From Deltaproteobacteria bacterium (GTDB lineage Bacteria; Desulfobacterota; GWC2-55-46; DRQE01), in NCBI GenBank assembly GCA_015492245.1, contig WGFM01000006.1, positions 13,418 through 77,417 of the forward strand: a stretch of 64,000 nt of DNA, given 5' to 3'. This document shows positions 60,002 through 64,000 of this stretch, piece by piece (the first letter of the stretch is position 1; every line of letters begins with the position of its first letter). Under the pieces are notes generated by a model that saw only the letters and a program-made list of their open reading frames with translations, was not told where the DNA came from and made no database searches. Both the position numbers and the translations under genes were made by a program.

Positions 60002-60030
60002 TTGACATTTCTCTACAAAAAGGGTAATAA
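60002..60030 (+). promoter_or_regulatory. Sigma70-like promoter TTGACA-17-TAATAA upstream of the 60042 gene
   Basis: Read directly. The ATG is at 60042 with a GTAGGAA RBS. Confidence 0.35.
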
Positions 60031-60041
60031 AAAGTAGGAAA

Positions 60042-60440
60042 ATGCAAAGAGTGGCCTTCATAACAGCGATGATAATGATGCTCCCTCTTGTGGTGCAGGC
60101 AGAGGTGATAAGTGAATCCCTGGTACCTGTAAAGAGGGTCGTGATCCTATCGGGCGAGACCATCCCACTGATAGGACCAAACACAACCCAGCTCGTATTC
60201 TCAACAGCAGGTGGTATAGGGCTTAAGAATCTTGAAAGGCTGGACATAGTCGTAGACAGATACGAGCAGGTTCAGGGCATAAGGGTTACCTACAGAACAG
60301 GCGCAACCCTTCTGCGCAGCCTGTATATTACAAACATAAAAACCATTGTGCTTGAAAAGGCTTCGACCCAGGTAGGTGCAAAAAGGGATACTGTACATAT
60401 AAGAGTTGTTACAGCCGATGAACTGACAGAACCATGGTAA
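60042..60440 (+). CDS. Small secreted beta-rich hypothetical protein
   Basis: Signal MQRVAFITAMIMMLPLVVQA. It lies immediately upstream of, and is probably co-transcribed with, the CsgG-like gene. Confidence 0.4.
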   Translation: MQRVAFITAMIMMLPLVVQAEVISESLVPVKRVVILSGETIPLIGPNTTQLVFSTAGGIGLKNLERLDIVVDRYEQVQGIRVTYRTGATLLRSLYITNIKTIVLEKASTQVGAKRDTVHIRVVTADELTEPW

Positions 60441-60457
60441 AGGAGGTATTCTGGATT

Positions 60458-61873
60458 ATGAACATAGAAATACGCAATTTCATCCCTGTCGTCTTTCTAC
60501 TCATTGTGGGGCTCTCCCTTTCCTCATGTGTAACACCTGTAACCACAGAGGTAAAGGGTGGGGGGCCATCGGTCCAGCAGGTTACTGCCTACACAGGGCC
60601 AAAGGCACGAATATCGGTTGCACGGATAAAGTGTAAGGCAGCAAAATGCTCGGGTGCGATAGGCAATGGCTTGAGGGACATACTCATAAGCGGGCTGTTC
60701 AAGACAAACAAGTTCATAGTGCTCGGTGGGAAAGAAGAGATGCAGGAGATGATGGAAGAGCTTGATCTTTCAGCCAGTGGCTATGTAAAAGAGAAGAGCG
60801 CAATCCAGGCCGGCGGCTGGGAGGCAGCAGACCTTATAATATTCGGCTCTGTAACAGCCTTCGAGCCCGATGCCGGTGGCATGGATGTCGGTGGCGGAGG
60901 ACTCGTGCCGGGTCTCCTCGGGGGAGTAAAGTTCGGCAAGAAGGAGGCTTACATATCGATGGACCTAAGACTCGTGGATGTTAGAACCAGAAGGATTGTG
61001 AACACCACCACCGTGGAGGGCAAGGCCTCTTCCTTCAATGTTGGTGGGCTCGGAGTGGGATGGGGTGCAGCAGGAATACTCGGTGGAGGGCTCGGTGTCT
61101 ACAAGAACACACCAATGGAAAAGGCCGTAAGGGTGCTCATAGAGAATGCGGTAAACTATGTGGCAAGCCAGACACCGGAGAACTACTTCAGATACACACC
61201 TGAAGGCACAGAAGTATCCCCAGAAGGGGTTAAAAAGGTCTCCAGCGGACTAAAAAGGACCGGCGGCCCAGCAGGTGGTGGAGGACTCAAAAGGCTTTCA
61301 ACAGGTTTTGAGCCCGGCTCAGAGGTGCTCTTTGCAGAGGACTTCTCAGAGTGCACAGAGAAACCGAAGACCCTCAGAATAGTAAATGGCAACGCAGAGT
61401 GTGTAGATTACGACGACAGGCGCTGGCTTGTGAACATAACGCCACAGTCAACTCTGAAAAGAAAACTGGACCTCAAAGGAGACTTTGCGATAGAGTTCGA
61501 TGTATACCTTAACTGCAAGACCGTCGGCTGTTTCCTTGGTACAGGCTTCAGCCTCACCCTTGGACAGGCCGGAAAAGGCGAACAGGTGCTGCTGACAGGA
61601 AATTATGGTAACAATGGGAAGTTTTTCAATCTATACTTCCCAACCAAATCGAAACACATAAAGGTGCTGGCGAACAAGAGCTTCTACAAGTTCGCCATAC
61701 AGCAAAAGGATGGAAAGATACGGTTGTTCCTCGATGGCAAAAGGATAGCAACCGAAGAGCCCCATCCCTTCAAGGCAGGCAAAAACAGAAACGGCTTTCA
61801 TGTATGGCAGAAGGGCAACCTGGATGAAGAAAACTATGTGCTCATAACAAACATAAGGGTTACAAAGTATTGA
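60458..61873 (+). CDS. CsgG family lipoprotein with ~200-aa C-terminal extension
   Basis: Lipobox LSLSSC. CsgG-like motifs ISVARIKCKAA..GNGLRDILISGLFKTNKFIVLGG, ADLIIFGSVTAFE and YISMDLRLVDVRTRRIV. Gly-rich linkers, then an extra C-terminal beta-rich domain. AAGGAGG RBS. Confidence 0.6.
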   Translation: MNIEIRNFIPVVFLLIVGLSLSSCVTPVTTEVKGGGPSVQQVTAYTGPKARISVARIKCKAAKCSGAIGNGLRDILISGLFKTNKFIVLGGKEEMQEMMEELDLSASGYVKEKSAIQAGGWEAADLIIFGSVTAFEPDAGGMDVGGGGLVPGLLGGVKFGKKEAYISMDLRLVDVRTRRIVNTTTVEGKASSFNVGGLGVGWGAAGILGGGLGVYKNTPMEKAVRVLIENAVNYVASQTPENYFRYTPEGTEVSPEGVKKVSSGLKRTGGPAGGGGLKRLSTGFEPGSEVLFAEDFSECTEKPKTLRIVNGNAECVDYDDRRWLVNITPQSTLKRKLDLKGDFAIEFDVYLNCKTVGCFLGTGFSLTLGQAGKGEQVLLTGNYGNNGKFFNLYFPTKSKHIKVLANKSFYKFAIQQKDGKIRLFLDGKRIATEEPHPFKAGKNRNGFHVWQKGNLDEENYVLITNIRVTKY

Positions 61874-61928
61874 TCGAGTGCTTCTGAGCCCGAGACCGCA
61901 CTTGCAAAAAATGATGGAGGTTACATAG

Positions 61929-62255
61929 ATGGCTGAAAATGTCATAGAGGTTACAGATGCAAACTTCGAATCTGTAGTGCTCAAGTCCGAACTACCCGCA
62001 CTCGTTGACTTCTGGGCAGAATGGTGCGCACCATGCAGGGCGATCGCACCGCTCGTGGAAGAGATAGCGCAGGAGTATGCAGGGAAGATGAAAGTGGCAA
62101 AACTGAATGTGGATGAAAACCCCTCCACACCAGGGAAATACGGTGTAAGGGGTATCCCCACCCTCATACTCTTCAAAGGAGGCCAGGTGGTCGACCAGAT
62201 CGTGGGGGCAGTTCCAAAAGACCAGATAAAGGCCCTCGTTGACAGGGCACTGTAG
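61929..62255 (+). CDS. trxA: Thioredoxin
   Basis: WCAPCR active site, 108 aa. Confidence 0.9.
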   Translation: MAENVIEVTDANFESVVLKSELPALVDFWAEWCAPCRAIAPLVEEIAQEYAGKMKVAKLNVDENPSTPGKYGVRGIPTLILFKGGQVVDQIVGAVPKDQIKALVDRAL

Positions 62256-62310
62256 TGTGGCCCATGTTATCCTCTGAATACGATGAGTGTATGAGACAAT
62301 TCCCTTCAAA

Positions 62311-62338
62311 AAAGCCCTTTACCTGAAGGGCTTTTTTT
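62311..62338 (+). terminator. Rho-independent terminator after trxA
   Basis: AAAGCCCTT-tacctg-AAGGGCTTT hairpin followed by TTTTTTATT. Confidence 0.75.
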
Positions 62339-62410
62339 ATTCTCCAGAGGGTTTGCACAGGGAAAGAAAGCCTGTTAAAATCTCTTTAAGACCTTATCGA
62401 GAAACTTTTT

Positions 62411-62926
62411 ATGGATGTAATGCAGGCTATCAGGCAGAGAAGGTCCATCAGAAGGTTCAGGCCACGGGCGATAGAGCCCGAGAAGATAGATGTTCTCAAG
62501 GATGCCCTTATATGGGCACCCAGTGCCGGTAACCTTCAGAGCAGGCGCTTCTACTTCGTGTACAACCAGAAGCTGAAAGACAGCCTCGTCTTTGCAGCCC
62601 TGGGACAGGGCTTTATAAGCGAGGCACCACTTGTGATTGTGGGCTGTGGGGACCTGAGGATATACCGCTATTACAGGGAAAGGGGGGTGGAACTCTACTC
62701 CATACAGGATGTGGCATGCAGCATGGAAAACCTGATGCTTGCAGCATACTCTGAAGGGCTTGGCACCGTGTGGGTAGGGGCATTCGATGAGGCCAGGGTC
62801 TCCACCATATTGAAACTCGACGACTATCTGCGCCCCCTCGCCATAGTGCCCGTTGGTTATCCCGATGAAAAACCTCTGCCACCCCAGAGGATACCACCCT
62901 CTGAGGCGATAGTTGAGCTCCCCTAG
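62411..62926 (+). CDS. Nitroreductase family protein
   Basis: IRQRRSIRRF FMN-binding N-terminal motif, 171 aa. Confidence 0.8.
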   Translation: MDVMQAIRQRRSIRRFRPRAIEPEKIDVLKDALIWAPSAGNLQSRRFYFVYNQKLKDSLVFAALGQGFISEAPLVIVGCGDLRIYRYYRERGVELYSIQDVACSMENLMLAAYSEGLGTVWVGAFDEARVSTILKLDDYLRPLAIVPVGYPDEKPLPPQRIPPSEAIVELP

Positions 62927-62944
62927 CACCTGTGGAGGAATGGT

Positions 62945-64000
62945 ATGAAACCCCGATTGAACGAAAATGCGATGACAGTGCTTGAACGACGATACCTGAA
63001 ACGAGACGAACAAGGCAACCTGACAGAAACCCCTGAGGAGATGTTCCAAAGGGTTGCAAAAAACATTGCCAGCGCAGAAGAACTCTACGGAAGTGAGCCT
63101 GAAGAGTACGAAGAACGATTCTTCGAGCTTATGAGCACACTCAGGTTCCTGCCAAACTCACCAACCCTCATGAACGCAGGAAGAAGGCTGCAGCAACTTT
63201 CGGCATGCTTCGTCCTGCCTGTAGAGGACTCCATAGAGAGCATATTCGAGGCGGTAAAGAACACCGCCATAATACACCAGTCAGGTGGGGGCACAGGGTT
63301 CTCCTTCTCAAGGCTTCGGCCTGCAAACGATATAGTGGCATCCACCGGCGGGCTGGCAAGTGGGCCTGTCTCGTTCATGAGGGTGTTCAACGCAGCAACA
63401 GAGGCGATAAAACAGGGAGGAACCCGCAGGGGTGCCAACATGGGTGTCCTCAGGGTGGACCACCCCGACATAATGGAGTTCATAAAGGCAAAGGAAGACC
63501 CCGAAGAGTTCACAAACTTCAACATATCCGTGGCACTTACGGATGCCTTCATGGAAGCCCTCCAGGAAGACAGAGAGTATCCTCTCATAAACCCACGCAC
63601 AGGCCGTATAACCGAAAAGAAACGGGCGAAAGAGGTCTTCCAGCTCATGGTGGAATGTGCATGGAAGGGTGGAGAGCCTGGCATACTCTTTATAGACAGG
63701 ATGAACCGCCACAACCCCACCCCGCTTCTTGGCCTCATAGAGGCCACAAACCCATGCGGAGAGCAACCGCTCCTGCCCTATGAGTCCTGCAACCTGGGGT
63801 CTGTAAACCTCAACATGGTGCTGCGCAAAAGCCCACAGGGAGGATACTCCATAGATTATGATGAGCTTGCAAACACCATAAGGCTTGCCGTAAGGTTCCT
63901 CGATAATGTCATAGACATGAACCGCTTTCCACTGCCAGAGATAGAGAAGATGACAAAGAACACAAGAAAGATAGGGCTCGGCATCATGGGCTTTGCAGAC
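62945..64000 (+). CDS. nrdJ: Ribonucleotide reductase, class II (adenosylcobalamin-dependent), 5' part; continues beyond the window end
   Basis: GGAGG RBS, then ATG. Translation [22 protein letters not shown].. and the class II signatures [17 protein letters not shown] and [18 protein letters not shown]. There is no stop in the window, so the ORF track does not list it. Confidence 0.85.
   Translation, partial: MKPRLNENAMTVLERRYLKRDEQGNLTETPEEMFQRVAKNIASAEELYGSEPEEYEERFFELMSTLRFLPNSPTLMNAGRRLQQLSACFVLPVEDSIESIFEAVKNTAIIHQSGGGTGFSFSRLRPANDIVASTGGLASGPVSFMRVFNAATEAIKQGGTRRGANMGVLRVDHPDIMEFIKAKEDPEEFTNFNISVALTDAFMEALQEDREYPLINPRTGRITEKKRAKEVFQLMVECAWKGGEPGILFIDRMNRHNPTPLLGLIEATNPCGEQPLLPYESCNLGSVNLNMVLRKSPQGGYSIDYDELANTIRLAVRFLDNVIDMNRFPLPEIEKMTKNTRKIGLGIMGFAD

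Noticed and set aside
63085-63783. Minus- and plus-strand ORFs overlapping the nrdJ region
   Set aside because: nrdJ in the other plus-strand frame has textbook class II RNR motifs, and these overlapping ORFs have none.

Overview
This 64 kb window looks like chromosomal DNA from a thermophilic, anaerobic-type bacterium. The evidence is codon usage rich in Lys, Glu and Arg, archaeal-type pyruvoyl arginine decarboxylase, siroheme/alternative-heme genes, a class II ribonucleotide reductase, and many Fe-S and redox proteins. The window is gene-dense, with about 75 CDS. I saw no rRNA, tRNA, CRISPR array, transposase or integrase.

Largely housekeeping gene blocks:
- guaA-guaB, a Ppx/GppA exopolyphosphatase, a gamma-carbonic-anhydrase-family hexapeptide protein, and tilS on the minus strand.
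- deoC-rnr-ribF-aroE-lpxH-like on the plus strand.
- recJ.
- pyrK-pyrD.
- Rrf2 regulator (iscR-like)-iscS-iscU-mnmA-mtaB-rnc.
- A perR-like regulator, di-heme cytochrome c peroxidase and peroxiredoxin operon.
- trxA, a nitroreductase, and the 5' part of nrdJ.

Accessory-looking or unusual content:
1. An envelope glycosylation set at the 5' edge. It has a GT2 polyprenyl-phosphate sugar synthase whose N-terminus (1..316, minus strand) I translated by hand and the ORF track misses, a 582-aa GT-C membrane glycosyltransferase, and a His-rich ribbon-helix-helix (RHH) protein.
2. An envelope module of a CsgG-fold lipoprotein, an 821-aa transglutaminase-like TPR protein and a small secreted protein. 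A second CsgG-like lipoprotein with a C-terminal extension sits at 60.4 kb. Neither has curli subunit genes nearby.
3. A siroheme-dependent (alternative) heme biosynthesis operon: sirC, hemX(ccsA-like), hemA, hemC, cobA/hemD, hemB and a radical-SAM/SPASM AhbD/NirJ-like gene. A 445-aa double-FHA protein is inserted between cobA/hemD and hemC.
4. An eight-gene plus-strand operon coding three polyamine steps (deoxyhypusine-synthase-like homospermidine synthase, agmatinase, pyruvoyl ADC), then two paralogous D-Ala-D-Ala-ligase-like ATP-grasp ligases, a GNAT, a SAM methyltransferase and a RimI-like GNAT. I interpret this as a candidate pathway for an amino-acid-conjugated or modified polyamine. It is my top candidate for an undescribed system.
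5. A seven-gene minus-strand Fe-S/redox operon: NifU-like protein, 2[4Fe-4S] ferredoxin, a His-rich 4-TM protein, two tandem DUF1858 redox-disulfide proteins, a Cys-rich protein and Mrp/ApbC. It is divergent from a 12-TM protein with a heme-copper-oxidase subunit-I-like motif (H-x-H...GAV...MG) that appears to lack the canonical CuB His-His pair.
6. A 33-aa Cys4 rubredoxin/Zn-ribbon-like ORF with a strong RBS at the tail of the peroxide-stress operon. The ORF track does not list it.

The regulatory sites I could read are:
- Two good Rho-independent terminators, after iscU and after trxA.
- A perfect 7-N6-7 palindrome overlapping the rrf2 promoter.
- Several sigma70-like promoters.

Hand-derived coordinates are approximate to ±1-3 nt.
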